Shown here: positions 39,598 to 51,880 of the stretch, in pieces | Position numbering within the stretch: the first letter of the stretch is position 1 | How the letters are laid out: the number at the start of each line of letters is the position of its first letter | Source: Octopus vulgaris | Lineage: Eukaryota | Assembly: GCA_951406725.2 (NCBI GenBank) | Contig: OX597816.1 | Location: 2,170,001-2,234,000 of the forward strand | Direction of reading: 5' to 3' | DNA: 64,000 nt | The notes under the pieces: generated by a model | The model's input: only the letters and a program-made list of their open reading frames with translations | Database searches by the model: none | Told to the model about the DNA's origin: nothing | Position numbers and translations under genes: made by a program

Positions 39598-40070
39598 TAT
39601 TAAAGATAGGGAAGAAAATACTTGTAGACTAATAGATGTGTTCCCACTGATAAAGATATATCTGTAACGGAGTTTGACATATTAAGTAAATGTAAGGACC
39701 TGGAAACTGAATTACAAAAGATGTGGCATCTTAAAGTGAGAAGTGTTCCTATTATTGTAGGTGCCCTAGGTATGATAAAAAAAGGGATATCAGAAACATT
39801 TAGATAACATCCCAGGAGAGCCATGCCTCAGGGAAACCCAAAAGATTGTGCTGACAAGTACTGCCCATATCCTTAGAAAAACCCTATCAATTTAAATGTC
39901 TGTGTTGTATTACATGAAGATATTTCACTACTGCCCCCTGCCTCTTCCCCTCTCCAAGCTTTCAGGTCATACTGTAACATCTCTTATCCTTCACTCACCC
40001 TAGGATGCTGGGTGTATCTCAGCAAGGGATTGTAACAAACATGTAGATAACAATAACAGTAATAATGATT
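39598..40070 (+). mobile_element. R4/Dong-like non-LTR retrotransposon 3' fragment (restriction-like endonuclease C-terminus)
   Basis: With frameshifts reads IKDREENTCRLIDV/PTDKDIS..SKCKDLETELQKMWHLKVRSVPIIVGALGMIKKG/IPGEPCLRETQKIVLTSTAHILRKTLSI*, followed by a 3' UTR and an AAT-rich tail. Confidence 0.75.
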
Positions 40071-40489
40071 TTTTTTTCTAATTTTAGCACATGACCAGCA
40101 ATTTTGAAGGGAGGGGCAAGCAGATTACTTTTACCTTAGTGCTTTAGTGGTACTTTATTTTATTGACCCCATAGGGATGACAGGAAAAATGAACCTCAGG
40201 GAAAGAGTATAATAAGTTGGATGAAATGCTGCTTGGCATTTTGTCTGATGCCCTAACGATTTTGCCAGCTTGCACAAAGCCAGCAATTTTAGGGAGAGGG
40301 GCTAACCAATTACATCGACTTGAATGCTCAACTGGTCCTTATTTTGTTTACCCTGACAGGAGAGAACGAAAGACAAGACTCTGGTGGCATTTGAATTCAA
40401 ATTGTAAAGAGTTGGATGAAATGCCACTAAAAAGTTTGTCCAACATGATGTCAATTAGCCAGCTCACCACCTTGATAATAGCAACATAT

Positions 40490-40740
40490 GATAAGATCCC
40501 AAAGATGTGATAATAGAAGTGGATATCAAAGAAATTGAGAAATATCAGGACTTAGGCAGAGAGAGAGAGAGAGAGAGAGGGAGGAAGTGATTGTGGAAGG
40601 CAAAGTCGATAATGGTTCTTGTGGCTATTGGTACACTTGACACAAAACCCAAACTGTTATCTAAGAATATTGGAATTAAGACAGTCTGTGTTGATCAGCA
40701 GAAAAGTGCTAGCCTGAAATTCTGCCTGAATCTTACGAGT
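40490..40740 (+). mobile_element. Second, more decayed R4/Dong-like endonuclease fragment
   Basis: Pieces EKYQDL and LWKAKSIMVLVAIGTL; interrupted by (GA)n. Confidence 0.5.
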
Positions 40741-42063
40741 AGAATGTAATAGCTATGATGATGATGATGATGATGATGATAGTATTGTAATTATTTAATA
40801 ATAATGATAGTTTATATATATATCCCAAATTGTTATAAAGTATAGAAATGTGTCAAAACATTTATTTTTGACTTGTTGCTATTGTTTATACAACATCTAT
40901 TTTATGACAAGCTAAGTTCATAAGAATACAATGCCTTGTTTTAAATAAAATGTTGGCTTTCTAAAACTGTACTCATTACTAAACATTTGTTTATTTATTA
41001 ACAATTGTATTCTTCTTATCGTCAGAATAGAAACTCTGTATGGAGCATGTGCTGATACAAGCTATTTTTATAAACACTTTTTATTTAACAAAGCATGTAA
41101 AAATAGTGTTAAGTTTATTCTCTTTTCTAATATTGGATTTTGCTTCATTTTAAGTATACAGGATTTATTGTTTTACGTAGAATCTCATTCTTTTGAGAAA
41201 CAATCTAGGCTAATCAGTATGTAATAGCATCAAAATATAAATCTCTTGATCAGCTCTTAACTTTGTACAGACTTTCTATCATCATCATCATCATCATCAT
41301 TTGGCATCCACTTTTCCATACTTGCATGGGTCAGATGGAATTTTTTGAGCCAGATTATCTGTTGGGATGCCCTTTCTGTCACCAGCTCTCAACCTGCTTC
41401 CAAGCAAGGTAATATTTCCCTGAGAGGAGACATATTTTTCATGAGAGACTAGAAACTAACGGCATCACTTGTATGGTGATAAATGGTGTATCTTTCTGAT
41501 ATGTCCTGCAATGGAAAAAACAAAATTTGCAAATTGAATGATGAAATTCAGTGGCCACGTTTACCAGGTCATTGTGGTCATTGAAAGTAACTTGCTGAAA
41601 TTAAATCCATGATTCATGTTCTGCTATGTGTGTGTGTTTCATGAATGCATATTCCTCTTTGTAAATAAGCCAGATGCACCAGGATTCCAGGTGCTGCAGT
41701 CAGTTCAAAATGCATCTTATTAAAATGTTGTGGCTATGTTCTAGATGTGACATCATTATAAGTTCACAGCAAAAGCAAATTCAATTGCTGTCATTTAAAA
41801 ACAAGGAAAAGCATCAAATTTGATATTTGATTGAAATGAAAAACTAATTGTACAGTTGGAATTTTTTTTCTATTTTTTGCATCTCTTTTAGAATTTTATT
41901 TTCAATTTGTCTTTCTTTCAGTAAATGATACAGTGTATTGTTGAGATTAGTGAGTAGACAGGTATTAAGTGATGATGGTTATCTGATTTAATGTGGAACA
42001 AATGCATTATATTGGAAAAATAATAGTAGATAATTTTAGTGAGAAATAAACAAGACCAACAAT

Positions 42064-42235
42064 AGGTGCAGGAGTGGCTGTGTGGTAAGTAGCTTGCTTA
42101 CCAACCACATGGTTCCAGGTTCAGTCCCACTGTGTGGCACCTTGGGCAAGTGTCTTCTACTATAGCCTCGGGCCGACCAAAGCCTTCAGAGTGGATTTGG
42201 TAGAAAGAAACTGAAAGAATCCCATTGTGTATATG

Positions 42236-42266
<31 letters not shown>

Positions 42267-42482
42267 ATGTTTGTGTGTCTGTGTTTGTCCCCCTAGCATT
42301 ATTTGACAACCGGTGCTGGTGCGTTTATGTCCCCGTAACTTAGCGGTTCAGCAAAAGAAACCGATGGAATAAGTACTAGGCTTACAAAAAATAAGTCCCG
42401 GGGTCAATTTGCTCGACTAAAGGCAGTGCTCCAGCATGGCCGCAGTCAAATGACTGAAGCAAGTAAAAGGGTAAAAGGGTAA
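42064..42482 (+). mobile_element. SINE family A, full length
   Basis: Same head, microsatellite and tail as 25395-25810. Confidence 0.9.
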
Positions 42483-43929
42483 GACCTATTTACTTTGCAT
42501 CATGTACCACACTGTAAATAACTTTGATATATTTTACATAAAAATAGCTGGAATATTAAAAAATTTTGTTAAATTGTCATATTTAGTTTAATTTCTAGAA
42601 AACACAGTTTTTGATAATATTTATTTGTTTAAGAAATACATAATGTGGTGAGAAAAAAAACCTCTCCAAGAATCTCAGATTTACCATACTTGTTAAATGA
42701 TTTAATGGGTTATGGAAATTGAGGGGGAAAAAACTGTTATCACCCACCTAACTTAACTAGCATCATACAAAGAATGTGTAGAATAGGGGAAGGTTTTCTG
42801 CTGCATTCTGTATTTTAACCATTCTTCCAAATTGATGACTTGGAATTCTGAAAAATGTTTCTTTTCGAAATGTCTGGGTTTAAGAAAACAAACACGAGTT
42901 TTAAATGTTATTGTTTTGTTTCAGTGGCACACATTGTCATATTGTTCTTTGGGTGGTTTCAAAATGAAGTTCTGGTGAAAATAGAAACTATTTCAGATTG
43001 CTTTAGAAGACACCAATTTTCAAGAAGACTCCATCATCTTCAATACATTGAATATTAGCTGTTAGAAATGTTCTTTTCTTTTATAAAACTCTATGGAACG
43101 GTGCTTGGTTCTTATTCTTTTTTTTTTTTATTCAATTTTGTTGTCCTACTTTTAGTCTTCTCAAGTTATCAAGAAGCTGGACGTGTGTGTGTGTGTGTGT
43201 GTAACTATTTGGAAATCAATACTTTATTGCTGCAAGATTTATAATTATATTTAAAAGATCAATATCTGTAGAAAGAAAGACTCTGTCTCTAAGTGGTGGC
43301 TTCATATTTATATGTCTTTCATTGAAATTTCAGTGAGTGCTGGAAGACTACACTTAAAATGGATTTTTGTCTCTTTTTCTTGGTAAATGACACCTTTACT
43401 TGTATTACTGAGATTAGTGAGTAGAAGGGTATTATCTGACTTAAATATTTAATGTGAACAAACACACTACACTGGAAGAAAAAGTAAGAGAAAATTTGAG
43501 TAGATTTCTCTTAGAAATTGTGTTCATTTATTGCATAAATGAATTAGAATGGTATATGACTATAGGGGACTATTTTGTTACAAACTTAGGCAGACATCAT
43601 TTTAAATTTTGTTGAGAATATATTTTTATTTTTCAAGTGTGATTTGTTTATAATTAGCTCAAGCATGCTGCACATTACAACAGCGAAGAAATAAAACCAT
43701 TTTTTGTTTTTGCTGAGGAATTAAAATCGGAAATGAAGTTTTGTTTTTTTTCATCAATATAATATTTCTTGTAAAAAATATGAATAATAAATATTATTCT
43801 AAATCACAGAATGTCTTCAATCTGGTGGCTTCTTCAACAATATATGATTTTATTCTTGGAATTAAACATAATTGTTGATATAGGCACAGGTGCCACTGTT
43901 TGGTAAAGAAGTTTACTTCCTAATAATAA

Positions 43930-44220
43930 TCATCATCATCATCGTTTAACGTCTGCTTTCCATGCTAGCATGGGTTGGACGTATGACTGAGGGCTGGCGA
44001 ACCAGATGGCTGCACCAGGCTTCAATCTTGATCTGGCAGAGTTTCTACAGCTTGATGCCCTTCCCAATGCCAACCACTCCGAGAGTGTAGTGGGTGCTTT
44101 TACGTGCCACCAGCACGGGGCCAGTCAGGCGCCACTGGCAACGACCTCGCTCGAATCTTTTACACATGCCATTGGAGCGGGTGCCAGTAAGGTGATGCTG
44201 GTAACGATCACACTCGAAGG
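43930..44220 (-). mobile_element. RTE 3'-end copy
   Basis: Same terminal sequence in reverse complement. Confidence 0.8.
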
Positions 44221-44297
44221 ATCAATCCACAGCATGGTACCTTGGCCCACAAAGCTTTGTGTATTAATTTGGTAGATGGAAACTGAAAGAAGCCCAG

Positions 44298-44479
44298 ATC
44301 GCTAGCCACTACACTTTCTGTATTTTCTCTCCTTGTTTCTTTCTGTGTTCCTTTCTGTGGAAGAGCGTAGGCCCAAAACGTTAAAGACTTTTTTTACTTC
44401 CTGAGCGTTATACTAATACATCTGTTTGTTGTCTACACCACCTGTTTTCGTCTTGTTTGTTTTTTGTTAATTCTCCCCA
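44298..44479 (+). mobile_element. Short Penelope-like terminal-repeat-type fragment with a degenerate copy of the 63131 hammerhead-like motif (44350-44387)
   Basis: Shares ctttctgt.gaagagcgtaggc.c.aaacgt.aaagactt...ttcctgagcg..atactaataca with 63131-63206 and ends at an (ATAC)n tract. Penelope affiliation is inferred. Confidence 0.5.
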
Positions 44480-44869
44480 TACATACATACATACATACAT
44501 ACATAGACTAGTGGTACAATACTGCACCAATATTTTCTGGAAATAGCAGTCGATAATATTCAATGCTATAGTAAAGCTTCACTATATATATATATACACA
44601 CACACACACCAGTGAGTGGACAAATGAAAGTCGGGCACTCAACCAATTTATTGGGAGTTACATGTAAGGATCAAAACATTTTGATTCAAATTTGCTGGTA
44701 CTCTTGAGTTTCAAGTAGGATGTGTTCACCTGATTGATATGTAGGTAGGTAGCTAGCTGGTATGTATAATAATAATAATAATAATGATAATAATGAAATT
44801 GTATACAGTGCTCAGGTGCACCACAACTTGTCAAAAGTATAAAGCATATGCAATAATGTACAAATGCCT

Positions 44870-45320
44870 CTGTTATGCCTTGGAGTTAGATGAACAAGAG
44901 GGGGCTAAGAACTGACTCTTGGTGAACTCCTACCTGCACATTAAATTCATTACCGTACTCATTACTGACTTTCACTTTACTGACAGTATCCCCATACATG
45001 GATGACTCTCAGCAGCCACTCTTCTACCCAATAGCTTCCGCATCAATCCCCTGATGAGGGGATAAGAGACCCTGTCAAAGGCATTCTCTATATCAGCAAA
45101 TGCCAAGTACAGCTAAAATACTTTTGGCTAAATGCTTCTCACAAAAAAGATAGCATCAGTAGTACTTCTCCCTGGCACCAAACCAAACTGCATCTCGTCT
45201 AGGCTAACTCTCTTCTTAATTACTTGAGTTGTGACCTTTTCGGTAACTTTCTTGACCTGGTTCAGTAATTTGACATCTCTTTCACTACTTCTGGGGCATC
45301 TCCTTTACCTTTGTAGCAGT
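44870..45320 (-). pseudogene. Degenerate RTE reverse-transcriptase domain fragment
   Basis: Minus strand gives pieces YKGKGDA, EMQFGLVPGRSTTDAIF, LAFADIENAFDRV and VQVGVHQESVLSPLLFI, with frameshifts and stops. Confidence 0.85.
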
Positions 45321-45829
45321 AAAGGCATCCAACTGTAGCAAATCTGCTTTAATAAACTCTATCTGACCCAAACAATCAAGGGAAAAGTGGATGTTAATAC
45401 GGGGATGATCAGGGTAATATGAAATGAAAGCAGAATAGATAAACCCAATGCACCCCTATACAGAGAATGAGACATTATCTTGTGTACATAATACAATATA
45501 TTTGAGAGAAAAAAAGTATTGTGAATTGAGATAGTGCATTGGATATGTAATATAATGGAGTTAAAAAAACTTCAATTAACTGAGATTATCCTTGTAATTA
45601 AAAAGCAAAAACTCCCATTAGTAAGGTTTCAAAGCCAAACACAACAAATAAAGGAGATAACTCAAATATCAGCTAACTCGAATTTTTGGAAAATATAGAT
45701 ATTGCAGATAGGATTGGATTTTATCTATAGAAAAATGGTGAAAGTAACAGGGTGGTACTATTGGTTTTCAGCAATGAAACATACATAGATCAGTTTGATA
45801 AGACTTGGAGATGATCAGCTATATTTATT

Positions 45830-46460
45830 TGGTTGCCAATTCGTTTGTAAAAGCCTTTCCCGATTCCATCAAATTGGTTTGGCTTGAGATGTTGCTTTCT
45901 TGTTGGAACTCGTATGCCTCTGCTTCATATTGATGTAAAAACACAATTTTTCATTGCCAGTGATGATGTGGTAAAGAAATCTCTGTGTCCACGAGTAGCT
46001 GGTAGCGAGTAATCAAACTGGTGGTGAAATAGGAGTACTAAAGTTTGTCCCTTTTATTCAGAGCATATATCATGCTTGCAGTGAGTGATGATATTATGAG
46101 AACATCCCATCCACTGTGCCAATTCCCTATTGGATTGGCACAGATCTTTGTGAATGAGTTTGTTCAATTGATACAGAAAGTCTGGGGTCAAATTTTCCTT
46201 CCTTGAAATACGAAAACCATTTCTGCACAGCTCTTTCAGGAATTGTGCCTTCCCTGTACACAGAGCAAATGTCTTGGGTGGCTTTGGAACCTTCATTGAA
46301 AGCAAAGAGAAGCAGATGTTGAAAATGCTCATTTTTCTTCTTCTTCTACTTGACACTCCATTGTCATATGACTTAAAAGATGCAAAATTTGTTTAAATTT
46401 CAAAAACATAAACCAAAGTTGTAGAGGAAGAATAGAGCTACAAAAAAACTATCAACCACT
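45830..46460 (-). pseudogene. Decayed mariner (Tc1/mariner) transposase
   Basis: Minus strand from ATG at 46361 reads MECQVE../HFQHLLLFAFNEGSKA../LNKLIHKDLCQSNRELAQWMGCSH../QRFLYHIITGNE. This is the mariner HTH region plus a degenerate I(V)TGDE motif, with many frameshifts and deletions. TIRs not recognisable. Confidence 0.8.
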
Positions 46461-47339
46461 GATAAAGATATTTTTTGCTTTAATTCAAATAACATTAGGA
46501 TGAATGGCATTCCTTTCAGTTACCTCCTCTGCAAATTGATCCTTGTGGTCAAGACAACAGGTTGATGACTGCAGTTACTGCAGCATCTCTATCGATGTGG
46601 CCATCACTGTTGATCCAGTTGAGTGGCAAACTCTTCTACAAAACTATCCTACTTCTTAAAAAGCAAATACATCTATTTAGATACTGTAGCCAACCCACCA
46701 ATTTTAGTTCTGTAAACTTGGCCTCATTCCTTACAAATTGCTGTAAATAGCAAACCATAGAGAGGCACCACTTAAAATGGTTCTCTCTTTGGTTCTGGAG
46801 CATTGAGCGCTTTTTTTTTTTGTCTGTTATGTTTTTTTTTTTTCCATGTTGATTAAAATTAGTAAGACAACAACATTGTGAAGGCCTTTACTCTGCATGC
46901 ATCTCAAGAAAGCTAATTATCAATCTAGCGTTATCGCATTTACTTGGAGGCTTACATTGAAGATATAAGAACAATGATGAAGGTGGGAAAAGCAAAACCA
47001 CATAAAAACAAAACCGATAGCAACAAAGGAAATTGAGGGGGCGATGGGGGGGGGGGGGTGAAGTAACAAGAACAAGTAATGATAAGGTTGAAGAGGAAGA
47101 AAGAGTAGTGGTAGGAGGAAGAAATGTTGTGAAATGCTAATAAGTAATACTGATAAGATTGCCAGTAATACAAATATATATATTTTAATGATATTTATGA
47201 ATTCCATCTATGTAAAACTAATGAAATATTTGAAGATACATTCATTGCATTCAAGGGTTTTCTCTCTCTCCCTCTCCTCCTCCCCCTTCTTACTCCTTCC
47301 TGTTATTCTGTTTTCTGCTTTCTTATCAACCTATCCCTA

Positions 47340-47373
<34 letters not shown>

Positions 47374-47534
47374 ACAATCTCTTTGTGAAAAATAGAAGTG
47401 AAGCATTGAATCAGAATAAAAACTAAATTATATTTTCTCTTCCGAAGAAAGTCTCCACTGGTTTATGAACTGATTTCACTGATATGAGAAGTAAAATTGT
47501 AAATTGTTTATACCTTTTACTAATTAAATAAACC

Positions 47535-47642
<108 letters not shown>

Positions 47643-48099
47643 TCCTTCCTCTCTAACAAAGAAGCAGGTTCTGATTATAAGAGTGAACTGTTGCTATCAA
47701 TATGGTTACTGACTTTTTAAAATTGAAATTAATTTTTTTTTTAAACAAGTGGATACCAATTAAATTGTCCTCTTGTGAATAAAAAGATGCCTCAAATAAT
47801 TTTAATCTTCACCATTTTCCCCAAATGATCCTCGATTTCAAATTTGTAGATAATAATGTTGACCTGAAGTTGATAATTACCTTCAAAATTGCTTTTTGAT
47901 AAAAAATAAAAGTTCTTTTGAGAAATTCTATTTGCATAAATTTAGATCATTCATCACATAAGGAATTGCAGTATACATTTCTATTACAGTCATCATCATC
48001 ATCACCACCATCCTTGTCATTTTCCATTGTCTTGCTGTTTCAAGTATCAAAAATCCTTTCCTTCCTATATATATATATGTGTTTGTGTGTGTATGTATG

Positions 48100-48163
<64 letters not shown>

Positions 48164-48191
48164 ATCAAAATAAGCAACAAGGATATCCAAG

Positions 48192-48286
48192 GTAGTGTAG
48201 TACAATCGTTTCATGCTACTTCACTTTATTAAACAATGTAAGTATTACATCAGTTTTAAAATGTAGAGCAATCTTCAGCCACATAC
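48192..48286 (-). ncRNA. Type I hammerhead ribozyme motif with extended stem II
   Basis: Minus strand reads GUAUGUGG-CUGAAGA-[long hairpin]-GAAA-CGAUUG-U-A-CUACACUAC. Core boxes intact, GUA cleavage triplet, stem I of about 8 bp with one bulge. Confidence 0.7.
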
Positions 48287-48406
48287 AGAATTTTCTAATT
48301 AAATAGACAATGTACATTTTTATACTTATTTCATTTGCCAACATTACAAAGAGAGTAGATATATAGACAGAGAGGTTAATTTCATCATTAATTTTGCTGA
48401 ACTATA

Positions 48407-48447
<41 letters not shown>

Positions 48448-49935
48448 TAAACATTTTGAGAGTTTTTGTTGTCTTCGATAATCCTAAGACTTTAGCTGTT
48501 TATTCTCTTTACTGTCCAACCCATGCTAGCATGGAAAATGGACGTTGAACAATAATGATGTGTTGAAATGTATTCGGCAGTTACATTTAAATTTGTAAAA
48601 GTGTTTTTGGTTGTAGAAAGATGAAATGAGAATAAGATATAAATTATGTCCAAAACATGCAATTCTATTAACTATGGTGCATTCTGTCAGAAATGTAGAT
48701 GCCATAAACTGCTTTGTAATCCAACATGGTGCAAGCCATTGGAAGACCCTTTCCTCATTTTTGATAATTTTGTGAATTGTTGCAAGCAGAAAGGATCAGT
48801 GCATTTGAGACTGCTCTTCACCTTTTGTAAAGTAATCTACAGTATATTTGTGTGTGTGTGTGTGTGTGTGTGTGCGTACACATTACATGTATAATCAATG
48901 TTCTTATGTGATTGGACTTATTTAGACCAATGTGATTAATTTATGATGAGGAAAGAAAAAATATAAAAAAAGACTTTAGAGGAGTATATAATAATTATTT
49001 ATTGCAAACAAAAGTGTCGTCTTTTTGGTAAATTTCCTGCTTTTTTTCAAGTTTTCCTCCTATTTGAGCTCATGGCTTACTCATCGCTTGGATTAAAACT
49101 TGTAAAATAATGTTGAATCTCATTTGTGTTTTTATTTACTTAAGCTTCTCAAGAGGTGTTAATCTTCTTGGGTTGAACTGATTTAGATTAAATGGCACTT
49201 AAAATTTATTGCTATTAATTATTACTTATGAGATAATAGCAACTAGATTGTATTTTTCAGTCAATTTAGCTTCAGGTGTCATGGTGGACCCAAAACTAGA
49301 GTTCAGCATCAAAATATGGCTACTTATTCACAAACCTAAAAGGGAGTGTTTATTTGGTGGTTGCTCAACCTGCTAGAAATAGGAGCTGAGTCTCCTTCAG
49401 ATCATTTAATACATCTAATATTGTAGTATTGGATAACTGTATTATTTCTATGTTAGAAACAGGGATGACCATACATAATAAATATTACAATAACAATAAT
49501 TATTATATATTATAAATATGTGACCAAGGGCACAGGCGTGGCTGTACAGTTAAGAAGTTTGCTTTCCAACTGTGTGCTCTTGGCTTCAGTTCCATCATCT
49601 AGCACATTGGACGAGTGTCTTCTGCTATAATCTTAGCCAAGCATAGACTAGTGGATATTAAAATGATGATGATTGTGTTATTTCTATTCATTGTGTGATT
49701 GTTGGATTATTGATTCCTACACATATATACTAAAGTAAATAACACAGTTATTTTGAGGTTAAATTTTTGTCTATTTTACTATTGAATAAGACACTTCACC
49801 AGCTTTTGCTTATTCTGTGGCAATGAATCCCCCTAAATAATGTAGTTGTCGGGTTTGTGAATGATAATTCTACCATAGAAGATCTACCATAGAAGATGTT
49901 ATGCTGATGCCTAATATCCATGTGAGTCTGTTTAA

Positions 49936-50162
49936 CCTTTTTAATAGCAAACTACCTGAGGCTGCCTCCTCTTTCTAGGATACAAACTTATTGTTTTTCT
50001 GTGCTCTAAATTAAAACATGCCATTAAGATTTCATGTTGATTTATATTTCAAACAGCAGCTTAATAATGTCAAAATTATCTTACTAACTTCTTTGATATT
50101 TTAAAAATTAATTGAAAAAAACAAGGGCAGTATATTTCAACAGAAACATGGCTCTAAAAGGG
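49936..50162. mobile_element. piggyBac-type MITE, same family as 51687-51880 in opposite orientation (decayed copy also near 3484-3635)
   Basis: TTAA flanks and CCTTTT.../...AAAAGGG ends; the interior is reverse-complement similar to 51687-51880. Confidence 0.7.
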
Positions 50163-51686
50163 TTAAATTCCTGTAGACTCTCTGACCAAAAAAGTTTGTG
50201 AATCAAGAGAAGTGAATAATTTTAGTTGCAAGCAAGCTAGTGTTAAATCAAAGCAAAACAAAAAAGAAACGGTTTTCCTGCTGCACAAAGAACACATTTC
50301 AGTGACTTTGGAGTAAATTGTATTTAACATAAACATCAGAATGCAGCAATGTAAATCATTTAAATAGTAGGTCAAGAAGTCAATAGATTTACTGTTTAGA
50401 AGGTTTGCAACTAAAGACTGTAGGCATTTTAACTGGAAAGCAAATAGTTTTATTACACTCAGAAGGAATCAATAATTTTATGGGATAAAAATAGTTTGCA
50501 ATTGAAGACTTTTTTTCTTTCTTTCTCTTTCTATTCTTTTTTTTCTTCTTTACATTTTACAAGACATTGTGTAATTCTTTGAGGATTATATTTTGTCTTC
50601 TGTTTAAATCTGAAGGTAATTTGTCAGGATAGTCTACTCTGAAAGGAGAAGATTGGCTTTATTCTATTTATTTATTTTTTGTTTTTTTCAAAGTCTTTAT
50701 TCTTCTTTTTGATTGACTTTTAAAAATATTTAATCCTCAGTAATCACGTAGCTCTTCAACAGCAAAACTCTGGTTCTGTTCTGGCTCCTTCTCTCATATT
50801 TTAACCCATCATTTCCTTGTACAAAGCTGCCTTTTGTGGGGTTTGGAGTTTCTTGGGGGTTTTGCAAGCTGCATGGCAACCTCACTAGTGCTGGTGGCGT
50901 GAGAAAAGTATTGAATACCCATTGTAAAATGGTTGGAATTAGGAAGAGCACCCAGCTCTAGGAACAATGGTGAAGTAGATGGTGGGAGCACAATGTTGTC
51001 CCTGGACCCATCAGTCCAACCCATGCCAGCATAAACCGTGAACCTTAAATGATTATGATGAAATAGTAGTAGTAGTAGTAGCAGCAGCAGCAGCCAAATA
51101 AACTTTGCATTGGTAAATCACTAAGCTTCGTGGTTTATTAAAGTCTTAGTGAATGTTTGGAATGCCTTATGAATAAACAGCTTCATGTCGAAGTACTGAA
51201 AATATCTGACTGTACTGTTATATTCCCTGTTGTCGTATGCCTAAAGAACCTATGACGAAAGGACATGGTGTATGATGAGGTTACTTTTATTTTTAATGAA
51301 ATATTATGGCCAGGGAAGTGCTGCTAATCCAAATGAATTCATGTGTAGTCTACATGTCTGGAGTCTAGTCAGCAGTTGTTCATAAATTCTTTTGAACTAT
51401 TCTTATGATGTTGAGTTTTCTTTGGGCAAGAATACAGGTTGCAATATATTGGAAGTTTTGGTTACCAAGAATGCTTTGTCTTTACATATCATTTTGAAAG
51501 AACTTGAATTCAAAAATGGAGCAAGAAGACAAGATAAGATGGAGAAAGTTCAATCTACCCAATAGCAATACACAAAATGTTGTGATGAGATTTCTTTTTT
51601 TGAATTGTTTCTTGCAATCAGATGTTATCCAGAGAAATCAACTTGCTCTTTTAGTTCTGTAAATTAATTGCTGCATTTCAATTTAA

Positions 51687-51880
51687 CCCTTTTGTTACCA
51701 TGTTTCTGCTGCAATACGCTACCTTTTGAAAATAGTGAAGAATTGAGTAAGACAATATTAAACAAATGTTTGAGACATAAATATGAAATTTTGATGGAAG
51801 GTTTATACTTGGATCACTTAGAACAGAGATTTTGTATCATAGAAGCAAGAGCAATCTCAGGCAGGTTGGTATCAAAAGGG
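51687..51880. mobile_element. piggyBac-type MITE
   Basis: TTAA on both sides (51683-51686, 51881-51884). TIRs CCCTTTTGTTACCA / TGGTATCAAAAGGG match at 13 of 14 positions. Confidence 0.85.

Noticed and set aside
45052-45080. CTGATGA box
   Set aside because: Antisense of RTE RT coding remnant; no downstream GAAA or stems.
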